The notes: a model not told the origin generated them from the letters alone. A DNA stretch of 59,205 nt from a virus (IMGVR_UViG_3300036939_000018:1-59205), one strand, 5' to 3'. Positions 9,754 to 20,089 are shown, numbered from the stretch's first letter. Made by a program: numbers and translations.

Positions 9754-11040
9754 TTATTTTGTTGTGACTTCTTGAGGCTTGGTCATTGACAGAACCATCT
9801 CAGCCCATGCCAGAGTATCTTCTCTAACTGTGGGTGTTGTTGAAGGGGAGGTAGCTTGACGACTAGCTGCTACAAGAGGGGCTGAAGTGTCACGTTTTTC
9901 GTGTTCTTCAACAATGCCGTCAAAACGAGCTTCTATATAGGCATCAGTTTTTCCCTCTAAAGTAGTGAGAGAGGTTTTGTTGAGGAGAACGGCCTCTTGT
10001 AACCCCCTAATTGTGGTGGAAGAGTCAATCTTAAAGCCTGCGGGGAGAAGGCCATCGCACTTCCGGGCATAGCAGGAAATACAGGGTTGATTGGTTGCCT
10101 CATCTTGTTTTGGTTGAGCTTTTGCCGATTCTTCTAGCTGGTCAACCTTTGCCTGAAGAGTATCTCGCTCTTTTGTCAACGTTTCCAAAGCAGCATCTTT
10201 AGCGGCTAGCAGCACTTCTGAATCAGTTTTCTCCTTTGTTGCGTTAACCAACTTTGTCTTCTCGTCTTGAAGTTCTTTTTCAAGCTCAACAATTCTGGCT
10301 TTACTTGTGGCAATAGAGGAAGCATCCTTGTTGAAGCGATCGCTAATTTCTTTTGCGTAGCTTACAGGGACGGCAATACTTGAAAAATCATCAAGCTTTA
10401 AGGTAATGGTTTCCAATGTTTGTGCAGACGCGGGGATCGTACTCATAATAGTTTCTGGTTGACTATCTTGTTTAATAGGTTCACTAATAAAAAACTCTAT
10501 ATCTTCTGCTGAGTCCATGCTGACTTTGACATCAGATCCAGCTCTGCCACGCTCGCAAATGGTGATGTGATTTCCCATTCTGTAAAGCTGGTCAAATTTA
10601 CCATCAGAGCGCTGTCTAGTCCCAGCTAGGTAACCACAGCTCACCTCTCTTGTCTTCCCTGATTGAATGTTTTTGATTGCTTCGGAGTCCGTTACGGTTG
10701 CAACTATGCCCAAGAAATCCCCATCTAATGTCACTAGATTACCTGTCATGCCCTTGGAGTAATGCTTTGCATTGTCAGCATTTAGCATTACAGGAGGGTG
10801 ATTAGGATTGGTTAGTGGCTTCATTTTGAAGCTATCAATACTTTTAGCATCAAATAAAACTTCAGGCGTTACTACCTCAACTCGTTCGCTTCCGTCTTTG
10901 TTGTAGTACTTTAATTCACCAGCTTTTGCGATTGTCATGTGCAAACGCAAAAAGCCCTCAGGCGTCATCTCCGTTTTGTAAATAGTGCCTGAATCAAAAT
11001 GCAATTCTTCTATTGTTGAACTTTCGGAAGCGTTAACCAT
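9754..11040 (-). CDS. Prohead protease/scaffold (DUF2213-like)
   Basis: TPEGFL, HPP, EVSCGY and NHITI.ERGRAG motifs; coiled-coil C-terminal half. Confidence 0.9.
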   Translation of the reverse strand: MVNASESSTIEELHFDSGTIYKTEMTPEGFLRLHMTIAKAGELKYYNKDGSERVEVVTPEVLFDAKSIDSFKMKPLTNPNHPPVMLNADNAKHYSKGMTGNLVTLDGDFLGIVATVTDSEAIKNIQSGKTREVSCGYLAGTRQRSDGKFDQLYRMGNHITICERGRAGSDVKVSMDSAEDIEFFISEPIKQDSQPETIMSTIPASAQTLETITLKLDDFSSIAVPVSYAKEISDRFNKDASSIATSKARIVELEKELQDEKTKLVNATKEKTDSEVLLAAKDAALETLTKERDTLQAKVDQLEESAKAQPKQDEATNQPCISCYARKCDGLLPAGFKIDSSTTIRGLQEAVLLNKTSLTTLEGKTDAYIEARFDGIVEEHEKRDTSAPLVAASRQATSPSTTPTVREDTLAWAEMVLSMTKPQEVTTK

Positions 11041-11143
11041 AGCTAGACTTATGGCAATAAAAGCAAGCCTAGCATGGTGTTAGATGATTTAAATTAATTT
11101 AAGCTTGAGTGGCTTGTTTTAAATTATTCAGACAACAAAACGA

Positions 11144-11419
11144 CTAGTTGTCTTCTTCATGTTCTTCTAATGGTTCGTCTGTCAAAACTCCCCTGTTTTC
11201 TAAGAATGCTTTTTCAAACAGAAGATTGATTCCCTCTTCTGTAATATTGACAATTTCTACACCATTAGCATTACCGATCGCAGCCGTTAAACTCACTAGA
11301 CCTTCAGCCATGTCAACTAGCTGATTAGGCTTATTATCTTCTGCCAACTGCTGATGAAGTATTACCAGATTAATTTGTTTAATTAGAAGATGGGTGAAGC
11401 GTTGCCCTATATGACTCAT
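11144..11419 (-). CDS. Hypothetical protein downstream of endolysin
   Basis: ORF; likely start MSHIGQ just after the endolysin stop. Confidence 0.5.
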   Translation of the reverse strand: MSHIGQRFTHLLIKQINLVILHQQLAEDNKPNQLVDMAEGLVSLTAAIGNANGVEIVNITEEGINLLFEKAFLENRGVLTDEPLEEHEEDN

Positions 11420-11423
11420 GGGT

Positions 11424-12602
11424 TTAATGATTAACTTCAAGTGGGATTTGATTATAGCCAGCTTGTCGCAATTCTTTAAAAGCTTGCTCAATCTGACTAA
11501 ACTCTTTCGTTGTCATTGTCACAATACAGCCTGCACTTCCAGGACTGTATAGGCGATTAGAATCATTATGAATCATTAATTCGCTTCTCATTACTCTACC
11601 AATATAAATAGGGTCAGGCAAAATATGAAAAGCGTTCCCTTCAATGCCCTTGACATGCTTTAGGTTATAAGGAGAAAGATTAACTTGATAGCTTTCTACA
11701 TTATTGCCCTCTGGAGTTTTGACGTAACGGTGTCCGGGTAATGGGCCTTTGCCCTTAAGCTTTGTTCCTCCTGAATATTGGTATCCTGGTTGTCCTGATG
11801 TACATTGCCAATCTTGCTCAGTTTTCCAACCTTTAAGCGTCAAGACTCCTATTATTATGTTTCGAGTAGCTTGATCACCTAAAGGCATATCAAACACTAA
11901 TCTTGGGGCAAACTTCTCCGGTAACGATGATCTTGAGACGGGTTCTGGCAAAGCTCTATACAGGGATGCAAACTCGCTGCGAACATTGTCTGATAGGCAG
12001 CTGTCTAACCATTCAAGAGCTTTGTTTTGATGGGGCAAGTCTTTGTAGTGTTTGACAACATTAAGCAGGCTTATGGGCTTTTCTGTTGGAGCTGAACTAA
12101 TTAGGTTTTTGACTTGTTGCCAATCATCTAAAATCAGCTCATCAACAATAACTTTCCCAGTAACCCACAAAATAGCCTCCGCTCGCCTTCTTCGAGTTAA
12201 ACCCTTTACAGGTCGCTTTACTCCATTGACAATTGCTTTGTCCCAGTCTAGTAAGCGTTGAGGGACTTCTGTTAGTTTGTAGTTTATGGCTTGCGAAAAA
12301 GTTTTACCTTGTAGAGCACCCGTCCCAACGTTGTAAAGAAAACTTATAAGGGCAGCTCTTTGATTCGTGTTGAGCTTATCCCATATTTCATCAGGTATGG
12401 AGTGTGCAACGCTTATCAAAGATTCATACAAATATAGAGCAGCTTGTTTTTCTGTTATAGTCAGCTCCGGCTTTACCCAAGAGCCTGTTTGCCCGAATCC
12501 GATTGTCAAAACCCCACTAGGACACCTATATGAAGCAAGCCTTAAGTCTTCAAAGCTCTTGACTAGTTCTATTGCTTGTGGAGGGATAGCGTCAATCCTC
12601 AT
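11424..12602 (-). CDS. Modular endolysin: GH24 lysozyme plus C-terminal Tlde1/L,D-transpeptidase-like domain
   Basis: FE-x-LRL..Y.CPSGVLTIGFG and GLTRRRRAE (lysozyme); IHND...SAGCI at the C-terminus. Confidence 0.85.
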   Translation of the reverse strand: MRIDAIPPQAIELVKSFEDLRLASYRCPSGVLTIGFGQTGSWVKPELTITEKQAALYLYESLISVAHSIPDEIWDKLNTNQRAALISFLYNVGTGALQGKTFSQAINYKLTEVPQRLLDWDKAIVNGVKRPVKGLTRRRRAEAILWVTGKVIVDELILDDWQQVKNLISSAPTEKPISLLNVVKHYKDLPHQNKALEWLDSCLSDNVRSEFASLYRALPEPVSRSSLPEKFAPRLVFDMPLGDQATRNIIIGVLTLKGWKTEQDWQCTSGQPGYQYSGGTKLKGKGPLPGHRYVKTPEGNNVESYQVNLSPYNLKHVKGIEGNAFHILPDPIYIGRVMRSELMIHNDSNRLYSPGSAGCIVTMTTKEFSQIEQAFKELRQAGYNQIPLEVNH

Positions 12603-12978
12603 CAGGTTCTACTACCTTATAAGGTGAGCTTGCAACGTGTTCTCTTGTATCTATGTAAGGTTCATCTGTTGCATCAACTTGACTCAGGTAAGGCGGTTGA
12701 TTAACACTTGGTGGATTGTAAGCAACATAGTCGTTGCTTGACCCTAAGTTCATTTCTTGGTTCTGCACCTCTTGTGTAACATTTGTACGGCGGCTCATGC
12801 CTCTAAAACCTCCTGTAACCAAAGCAGTCAATCCGGCCGTCAATAGGGTGTCTTTTTGGTCACTAGATACTAAAGAATTCGGGGTAAAGACACTGAGCAA
12901 TATGAGGCTAAAAGGGATTATGACGGATGAGATTTCCAGAAAGTCTTCTGTCCAGGGTCTATCATTCGCTGATTTCAT
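12592..12978 (-). CDS. Holin-like membrane protein
   Basis: Two hydrophobic segments; overlaps the endolysin start. Confidence 0.55.
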   Translation of the reverse strand: MKSANDRPWTEDFLEISSVIIPFSLILLSVFTPNSLVSSDQKDTLLTAGLTALVTGGFRGMSRRTNVTQEVQNQEMNLGSSNDYVAYNPPSVNQPPYLSQVDATDEPYIDTREHVASSPYKVVEPDED

Positions 12979-13534
12979 TAAGTAAATCCTTGACGCTTGC
13001 AGTTATTGGTTTGTCTTGAATAAGCTTTTGCAATAACGCCATTTTTATTTTCAGCCCCGTAACATTTTGGGTTAACTGAAAAATGACGCCGCTTGATATT
13101 ATTTCATTAATTCTATCTTGATTGCTTCTGGCTGTATCTGATGCCATACCAGACATCCTTAAAGCCAAGTCACAGTTAGCGCGAGCGATGCCTATGTCAG
13201 CTCTGAGGGTGTCCAACTCGCTATGTGTCATAAATGATGGAAGTCGTTGCTCAAGCCTGTCAAAACGAGCATCAACCTCGGTCTGAAAAGCTTCTTCTTT
13301 TTCCTTCATCTTTTTAAAGGCATCCCAGACAATAGGAATAGCTAAACCAGATAAAGCGCCAAAAGCCCCCCATACCGCTGCTGTACCACCAAAGCGTTGA
13401 ACTTCAAGGAAAATAAAAGTTCCACAACTACCAAATATAAGTCCACGAACTAATAGCCTCGGAGTTAAAGCACTTCTTTTTATAAGTTTAAAATCTTGAT
13501 TGTTGTTTTGTTCTGGTAGATTGTGATTGATCAT
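12962..13534 (-). CDS. Membrane protein with coiled coil (lysis region)
   Basis: Two TM-like segments followed by a helical region. Confidence 0.55.
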   Translation of the reverse strand: MINHNLPEQNNNQDFKLIKRSALTPRLLVRGLIFGSCGTFIFLEVQRFGGTAAVWGAFGALSGLAIPIVWDAFKKMKEKEEAFQTEVDARFDRLEQRLPSFMTHSELDTLRADIGIARANCDLALRMSGMASDTARSNQDRINEIISSGVIFQLTQNVTGLKIKMALLQKLIQDKPITASVKDLLNEISE

Positions 13535-13541
13535 GCATCAC

Positions 13542-13994
13542 TTAATAAACTGTGTTTTTAGCTGAACTAATATCCCCAGACGAATCATTATCATTTATTA
13601 CAACGTATTTAAACTTGATAAAAGGTAATCCGTCAACCTGGAACGAATCACCATCCTTAAGAGGTTTCTTTGCAACAAATAATCCAGTCATACTGTTAAT
13701 AAGTTTTTGCTTCTCACTTATTGGCTCAATAATATGTAAGTCGTCATAGACTGACTTACTCGCATGAATAGTACACAAATTGCGAGTTAACAAGATTGAG
13801 GGAATATAAATACAGTAGATGTTATCAGATGAAAAAACTAAGCTAGTGTCTGGTGATCTCCCTATTAGCCACTTGCTCAGCCCATCAAAGTATAGACTCA
13901 CACAAAACCTGAAACACCCATAATGAACCTGTCTCTGGGGTGTTGGCACCTCGTGGGCTGACTGTTCAACCTTTAAATAGGCTTGCTTTGCCAT
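13542..13994 (-). CDS. FHA-like domain protein
   Basis: WLIGRSPD, NS.TGLFV and LKDGD motifs typical of FHA domains. Confidence 0.55.
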   Translation of the reverse strand: MAKQAYLKVEQSAHEVPTPQRQVHYGCFRFCVSLYFDGLSKWLIGRSPDTSLVFSSDNIYCIYIPSILLTRNLCTIHASKSVYDDLHIIEPISEKQKLINSMTGLFVAKKPLKDGDSFQVDGLPFIKFKYVVINDNDSSGDISSAKNTVY

Positions 13995-14031
13995 GATTAA
14001 GCCCTGAAACTCTTATTGTAAATTACAAATC

Positions 14032-14409
14032 ATGAATCTTTATAGTGGTTACAGGTTTTATGGATTACTAGACCAGCTGCCAGAAGTCACCCGTCGCAAC
14101 CCTGACGACATACGCGATGGGTGGACATGGGGGGACTTTGAACTATACCCACAATTTGACCATGAAGAATATTATCCTCAAGTAAGTCATTTGTTGCAAC
14201 AAGCAATCATGAGGCGTTGTTGGTTGTTTTGCATAGTGTCACCATTGCCTTCTTTCCCCAATTTCTACTTTGCAACGGTTTGTAAATATGAAGACACAAA
14301 ACGGGTAGAGCTGGGTTTTGGGGTAGCAAATGACCTCTGTACCGCTCTGCTGGTAGCCTATGTTATGGCGCTGGAAAAGTCTGAAATCATCAAAGGATCT
14401 GAGGCTTGA
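14032..14409 (+). CDS. Hypothetical protein
   Basis: ORF whose 3' end runs into element copy 4. Confidence 0.6.
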   Translation: MNLYSGYRFYGLLDQLPEVTRRNPDDIRDGWTWGDFELYPQFDHEEYYPQVSHLLQQAIMRRCWLFCIVSPLPSFPNFYFATVCKYEDTKRVELGFGVANDLCTALLVAYVMALEKSEIIKGSEA

Positions 14410-14508
14410 TCATGTTGAAAAGAACAGTGCTCAAAGTCTTACTACGTATGGATTAGAACTGACGTTAAACCTTCCTTTTATACAAGAACAGAGGGGATGT
14501 TTTAACGC
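14393..14508 (+). repeat. Dispersed element copy 4 (short class)
   Basis: AAGGATC 14393; core ACGTTA 14462 to TAACGC 14508. Confidence 0.9.
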
Positions 14509-14678
14509 CTGTTTATGAGCAACAAAAAACGCCTCGCTGAATCAGCGAGGCGTTGCAACAAAATTATAGTACACACAGACCGCTGGAAAAGTCTGTTCAA
14601 TGGATTGACAACGTAGATGTCTAAATGATATCTTGTAAGAGTAGTAAAAAACGGCTAGCGAGCCGCAATTAACACACA

Positions 14679-15521
14679 ATGTCTAACTTTAGCATAGAAC
14701 AAATAGAGAGTGAACTCTCTAAAGAAGTGCGCTGCGATGATAAAGGTAGAGGTTTTTTCACCGTTAAGGGTGCAGCTCGTCTTGCAGATATTGATGATAG
14801 TAGCTTGGGTAAAAGCCTTGGAACAGGGGCGGCGCTACAGCCGTCTAAAATGGCTAAATTCCTTATCTCAAAAGGGTTTGATGGGGCGGCGTTGCCAAAA
14901 TGGAGAACTGAGGGGATTCCCGATCAGGCAGTTCATAGCATCTTAGAATACTTTACTTTTGAAGCTGGAAGACATTGCACCGAAAAGGCCAAGGCAGCCT
15001 TCCGGTTTGTAGGATGTTGGGGTATTCGTGACTTATCACACAAAGTTACTGGGTGGAAACCTGAGAGCAAAGAACCCAATGGCGATGAAGTAAAAGCCTA
15101 TGTTGATGCTGTCCTGAAACAACTGCTAGAGGAGCAGATACCCGAACGGGCTACTACTTGGCAATGCCGATACACAAAGCGGTTTTGGGAAGCGCTAGAG
15201 AATCTCTACGGACTCCATCAGGGTGATCAGGGGTGTGCGTCGTTCATCCGGCACTATATCTATGAGTACTTCCCAGTAGAAGTCCAAAACCGACTTGATC
15301 TCATCAACCCTATTCTCAGCACAGGTACACGAGCTAATCGCCAGCATCAGCACTTTGATGACACCTTGCTTGAACTGCTTAAAGTTCAGATTTCACATGT
15401 TACTTGGCTGTTGGAAGCATCTGCTGATCGTAAAGCTTTTAAACAATCAATGAAGAAAGTTAAAAAGCTTAACTTCAACTTTGGAACCAAAACACTTAAA
15501 GAGGGCGGAGCAAATGTCTAA
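14679..15521 (+). CDS. P63C-domain phage regulatory/antirepressor-like protein
   Basis: W..RYTKRFWEALENLYG, IYEYFP.EV...L...NP and HQHF motifs. Confidence 0.7.
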   Translation: MSNFSIEQIESELSKEVRCDDKGRGFFTVKGAARLADIDDSSLGKSLGTGAALQPSKMAKFLISKGFDGAALPKWRTEGIPDQAVHSILEYFTFEAGRHCTEKAKAAFRFVGCWGIRDLSHKVTGWKPESKEPNGDEVKAYVDAVLKQLLEEQIPERATTWQCRYTKRFWEALENLYGLHQGDQGCASFIRHYIYEYFPVEVQNRLDLINPILSTGTRANRQHQHFDDTLLELLKVQISHVTWLLEASADRKAFKQSMKKVKKLNFNFGTKTLKEGGANV

Positions 15522-15654
15522 TCAATTACCGTCCTACCCCTTAAGACTTCCTGATGATATCAAGAAGCGGTGCCAACAGAAAGCCAAAGAAAAACGAATG
15601 AGCCTTAATCAGTGGATCATTCAGGCAATGGAAGAAAAAGCAGACAATCAATAA
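15514..15654 (+). CDS. Arc/HicB-like ribbon-helix-helix repressor (46 aa, below ORF-track cutoff)
   Basis: MSNQLPSYPLRLPDDIKKRCQQKAKEKRMSLNQWIIQAMEEK; LRLP...SLN RHH signature; overlaps the upstream stop. Confidence 0.75.
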   Translation: MSNQLPSYPLRLPDDIKKRCQQKAKEKRMSLNQWIIQAMEEKADNQ

Positions 15655-15664
15655 AACCTAACAG

Positions 15665-15690
15665 AAAGCCCCTTAAGATAGGGGCTTTTC
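15665..15690 (+). terminator. Intrinsic terminator
   Basis: AAAGCCCCT-loop-AGGGGCTTTT after the RHH gene. Confidence 0.7.
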
Positions 15691-15732
15691 TTATTAAATG
15701 AAAATTACCCAAAATCATCCCCATCTCAGCTA

Positions 15733-15847
15733 GAGGATCTGCCCTCCGATCATACTGATGATAATCGACCTCTAAGCCTTATACAGTAAGCTTTTGAAAG
15801 AGCGTGAAACTCCTTTCTATACTCAAAACACACGACTAGTTTCACGC
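15733..15847 (+). repeat. Dispersed element copy 5 (short class; covarying core ends GCGTGA/TCACGC)
   Basis: GAGGATC 15733; core 15802-15847 (46 bp). Confidence 0.9.
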
Positions 15848-15907
15848 CGCCTTATGAGTCAAACGTTATCACAAATACTGCCTTCGGACTTTTACTTAAA
15901 TCCGGCA

Positions 15908-16023
15908 GAGGATCGCCCTCTTTCCCCTTCGAGGATAAAACCACCTCAAAGCATTACGCCGCAAGCTTTTGAGCAAGCGTTAAACCCACTCTATACTCTA
16001 CAAACGCACCACTAGCTTCACGC
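15908..16023 (+). repeat. Dispersed element copy 6 (short class)
   Basis: GAGGATC 15908; core 15977-16023. Confidence 0.9.
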
Positions 16024-16064
16024 CACTTGTGTTAAAGTAGAGTTGACGAATTCATAACAAGCGA

Positions 16065-19000
16065 ATGACCAGACCTTTTGTCAGTCTTCATTGTCACTCT
16101 GAATACTCCCTGCTCGATGGTTTGTCTAAAGTTAAGGAGCTAGTAAAGCGGGCCAAGGAACTCAATCATCCAGCAATCGCCCTAACAGATCATGGTGTGA
16201 TGCATGGTTCTATAGAGTTGTATCGTAATGGCCTTGATGAGGATATAAAGCCCATCATTGGATGTGAAGCATACTTAAGAGATTTCGCAATCACAAGCCG
16301 CCTCAAAGACTTCTCAGGTGATGGAGATTACAAAGTTAAAGATCGATACCACCAGTTGGTCTTGGCTCAAAATCCAACTGGGTATAAAAATCTCTGTAAG
16401 TTGACCAGCATTGCTCATTTGGGAGAAGGCAGGGGAGCTAAAACTTCAACCGCTGAAACCTCAACCAAACATAAAGGCTGGATAACCCTAGAGGAGTTAG
16501 AGCAGTATTCAGAAGGGCTAATCATCACAAGCGGATGTATGGCTGGGATTATCCCCCAATGTCTTAAGGCAGGAAACCCAGAGTTAGCCGATCAAATAGT
16601 CGAATGGTATAAGAAGGTGTTTGGCGATCGCTTCTACATTGAAATTCAAGACCACGCCGCTAATGATGGTAGTCGCGAACTCAACTTACAACTAGTAGCG
16701 CTGGCCCAAAAGCATCAAGTAGCCATTGTTGCAACAGCAGACAATCACTACACAAAGCCTTGCGATAAGTCGGCGCATGATGCTTTGTTGTGTATCAACA
16801 CCAAGAAGCTTCTCTCGGATGAGAAAAGAATGAGGTATGAGGGAGCTTACTGGCTTCCTACGGGCGATGAGATGCTGGAAAGGTTATCTGCTTATCTGCC
16901 CTATGAGATCGCCTTAGAGGCGATTGAGAACACCGTTAAATTGGCAAAGCAAGTAGAAGATTACAAGTTGTTTCGCAAACCGACGCCCCCCCGTTTTTCA
17001 TTGCCTGAAGGTTATGATACTCCAGAATTTTATGTTGAAGAATTGGCTTATAAGGGACTAAGAAACCGTTTTAAAGGATCGTTACCTCCTCAAGAATATC
17101 TTGAGAGAATCGACTATGAACTGAGCATTGTCAATCAAATGGGCTTTGCTGAATACTTTGCAATAGTTGAGGATTTATGCTCGTTTGCTCGTTCTAAAAA
17201 TATCTGGTTAGGTATAGGTAGAGGTTCTGTCGGAGGTTCTCTCGTAGCTTATGCAATGGGAATCACTAATATTGATCCTATTCCGCATGGGCTACTCTTT
17301 GAGCGCTTTCTTAATCCCGAACGACGTTCCATGCCTGATATTGATACAGACGTTTGTCAAGAACGACGGGGGGAGCTTATAGCTTATTTGTCGGAAAAGT
17401 ATGGTCTTAAGTATGTCGCTCAAATTGCAACTTTTGGAGAAATGAAAAGCTCTTCTGCTCTCAAAAATACAGCACGAGTCTACAACGCACAGTATCAGCA
17501 GTTCAATGAAATCACTAAAGGGATTCCAAAAGTTCGTGGAAAAGTTCCAACCCTTGAGAAACTCATCTCTGACAGAGACACTTATGCAGAGTTTTACGAC
17601 TTATACAGCAACGATAAACTCTTATTAGATGAAGAAGGGCAAAAAACTGTAAGTTTTAAGGCTGTTGTTGATACTGCTATAAGCTTGTCTGGAACGGTCT
17701 GTAGTGTTGGCATTCATGCGGCCGGAGTAGTTATAGGCTGGTGCCCTCTTGATGAAGTCATGCCCTTAATGAAAGGTTCAGAGGGGGAAATAGTTTCGCA
17801 ATATCAGATGCAGGACGTAGAAGACTTAGGACTCATTAAGTTTGACGTTCTTGGTCTTAAGACACTTACTGTAATGAGAAAAGCAATCGAAGCAATAGAG
17901 CGAGTCGAACAAGAAGTAATTAATCTTGATGAAATTAATTACAATGACAGTCGTGTTTTTAGGTTTCTCGGAAGTGGTAAAACTGATGGCATTTTTCAAT
18001 TCGAGGGATATGGTGGAGACATATTAAGAGGCATACAACCTAAAAATTTAAATGACGTTAGCGCGGCAAACACTCTAAATAGACCACAATGTACCGATAA
18101 AGAAATAGATATTGCTTACATTAAGCGCTCACAAGGGATAGAGCCAATATCTTATTTGATTCCAGCTCTTGAGCCAATCCTTAAAGAGACATTAGGGCTT
18201 CCTATCAACCAAGAACAACTCCTCAGAATATGCTGTGACATAGCAGGATTCAGTTTAGGCGAAGCTGACAATATACGTCGAGGGATTGGCAAGAAAGATT
18301 TAACTAAGATAGCCGCACTAGAACAACAATTTCTAGAAGGTTGCGCCCGTAATTGGCATGATGAAGCTGTAGCTAAAGAACTCTTTAGTGTCATTCGTGC
18401 GGGTTCTGAATATGGTTTCAATAAGTCTCATTCAATGGCTTATGGTATTATTGCCTACCAAACTGCATGGCTAAAGTACTACTATTATGCCTATTTCATG
18501 GCAGCTCTTATAAGCCTGGAAAAGGTTACTAAAAAGAAAAAACACGAGGATGACACGAATAAACGCACACAATATATCATTAACGCAAAAAAAGAGGGGG
18601 TAGTCTTTTTGCCTCCGCACATCAATGAGTCTGATCGAGATTTTTTAGTACTAGACTCTCTCACTATACGATGGGGTTTAACAGCTATAACTGGCGTCGG
18701 AGACACCCTTATAGATGCAATCGTTTTAGAGAGACAATACAACGGTGCGTTTAAGGATTGGAACGATTTCAATAAGCGAGTAAAAACCAATAAAAAAAGC
18801 TTAACTGCTCTAGTAAAATCTGGTGCGCTTGACTGTCTAGGACTTAACAGAAGGCAGATGCTTGAATATAAGCCAATCATGACGGCCTATAAAAAAGCTA
18901 AAGAAGACAGAGCTAAAGAGCTTTTGAAGTGGCAGAAAGAAGCTGATAAAATTACATCTGAACCATCTACCAGCAAGAAAAAGAAGAAAAACAGCCAAGA

Positions 19001-19490
19001 CGCAATACAGGACACGCTTAAAGAGTTAGATTTAATCTTGGAAAAAATCTCAGAATTTAAAGAGCCTCTACCAGTACCTAGTATTGAGTCTATTAAAGAC
19101 TTTTCGCTGTCTGAAAAACTTAAAGGAGAAAAAGAAGTGTTAGGGCTTTATGCATCAGGGCACCCACTAGATAGCTATAAGGTAGGATGCAACCCGTTCA
19201 ATGAGGTTGTCAAAAACAAACTGTTCATTAGCACTGTGCTAATCACTAGCGTTCGAGAAACCAATTCTAAGAATGGCACGATGGCATATTGTACCATTGA
19301 AGACAAAGAAGGGGCGACTATGACCCTTAAAGTGTTCAATGAAAAATGGATACTCTATAAGTCAATCTTGAGGGTTGACTCTATTCTGAGCATTACAGCG
19401 AAAGCTCAAATTTGGGAGAAGCGCTTAGAATTAATACTTGAAGCAGCATTGATTCCCACTAAAAACACTGAGGAAGAAGACGAGTTTTAA
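16065..19490 (+). CDS. dnaE: DNA polymerase III alpha subunit
   Basis: PHP domain (HCHSEYSLLDG, TDHG), GRGS, FERFLNPER, PDIDTD, HAAGV, KFDVLGL, YGFNKSH, OB fold. Confidence 0.97.
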   Translation: MTRPFVSLHCHSEYSLLDGLSKVKELVKRAKELNHPAIALTDHGVMHGSIELYRNGLDEDIKPIIGCEAYLRDFAITSRLKDFSGDGDYKVKDRYHQLVLAQNPTGYKNLCKLTSIAHLGEGRGAKTSTAETSTKHKGWITLEELEQYSEGLIITSGCMAGIIPQCLKAGNPELADQIVEWYKKVFGDRFYIEIQDHAANDGSRELNLQLVALAQKHQVAIVATADNHYTKPCDKSAHDALLCINTKKLLSDEKRMRYEGAYWLPTGDEMLERLSAYLPYEIALEAIENTVKLAKQVEDYKLFRKPTPPRFSLPEGYDTPEFYVEELAYKGLRNRFKGSLPPQEYLERIDYELSIVNQMGFAEYFAIVEDLCSFARSKNIWLGIGRGSVGGSLVAYAMGITNIDPIPHGLLFERFLNPERRSMPDIDTDVCQERRGELIAYLSEKYGLKYVAQIATFGEMKSSSALKNTARVYNAQYQQFNEITKGIPKVRGKVPTLEKLISDRDTYAEFYDLYSNDKLLLDEEGQKTVSFKAVVDTAISLSGTVCSVGIHAAGVVIGWCPLDEVMPLMKGSEGEIVSQYQMQDVEDLGLIKFDVLGLKTLTVMRKAIEAIERVEQEVINLDEINYNDSRVFRFLGSGKTDGIFQFEGYGGDILRGIQPKNLNDVSAANTLNRPQCTDKEIDIAYIKRSQGIEPISYLIPALEPILKETLGLPINQEQLLRICCDIAGFSLGEADNIRRGIGKKDLTKIAALEQQFLEGCARNWHDEAVAKELFSVIRAGSEYGFNKSHSMAYGIIAYQTAWLKYYYYAYFMAALISLEKVTKKKKHEDDTNKRTQYIINAKKEGVVFLPPHINESDRDFLVLDSLTIRWGLTAITGVGDTLIDAIVLERQYNGAFKDWNDFNKRVKTNKKSLTALVKSGALDCLGLNRRQMLEYKPIMTAYKKAKEDRAKELLKWQKEADKITSEPSTSKKKKKNSQDAIQDTLKELDLILEKISEFKEPLPVPSIESIKDFSLSEKLKGEKEVLGLYASGHPLDSYKVGCNPFNEVVKNKLFISTVLITSVRETNSKNGTMAYCTIEDKEGATMTLKVFNEKWILYKSILRVDSILSITAKAQIWEKRLELILEAALIPTKNTEEEDEF

Positions 19491-19601
19491 CCCTGATTGC
19501 AATTAATCCCTAACAAGTGGCAGCCGCCACTTGTTTTTTATAGAGGGTCAATATTGACGTTTTAAACCTACAATGAAAGAAGGAGAACAAAGTATAAAAC
19601 A

Positions 19602-20021
19602 ATGACTACTGATTTATTTGTACTAACGCAAGCATCGGCACTTCATTCAAAAATAGGTCAAAGCAGTTATTTTTTAAAGAGCCTGAAAGAGTCAGCATCA
19701 ATTCACACTTTATTCCAAATTGCAACAGAGTTAAGACTTTGTCAAACTTGGATAAGTGAAATTGAACAAATAGAAAATAAGATTGCTGAAATTGTAAAAC
19801 GGGATTACTTAAATATTTTCACTGATCAAGTTCAGTATGCAGATGAAGTTAAGAAATTTGAAAGCAAGCTAGACCGCTTGATTGACTTGGGTCGTAACTT
19901 AGACAACAGAATAGGATTAACCACACTTAGTGAATCAATAGATACTATTTGGGCATTGAACCGCAACATCCAGAGAGAAGTCGATTCTGCTTTAGAAGAT
20001 TTGAATAAAGAGAATACTTAA
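19602..20021 (+). CDS. Hypothetical helical protein
   Basis: ORF with upstream TTGACG motif and AAGGAG. Confidence 0.65.
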   Translation: MTTDLFVLTQASALHSKIGQSSYFLKSLKESASIHTLFQIATELRLCQTWISEIEQIENKIAEIVKRDYLNIFTDQVQYADEVKKFESKLDRLIDLGRNLDNRIGLTTLSESIDTIWALNRNIQREVDSALEDLNKENT

Positions 20022-20089
20022 ATTTACTTTAGCCTTAAGTAGAAGTCCTCTAACGTTAGGCAGACTTGATTTCTTATGTGTATCTTTAC

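Noticed and set aside
15794-16015. ORFs overlapping elements (also 3485-3676, 24211-24429, 24224-24406, 35206-35514, 35910-36092, 38520-38834)
   Set aside because: They are translations of the repeat and regulatory DNA, with no RBS or protein-like features.
18152-18880. Antisense or alternate-frame ORFs within dnaE, terL, capsid, RNR and tail genes
   Set aside because: Shadow ORFs of well-supported genes.
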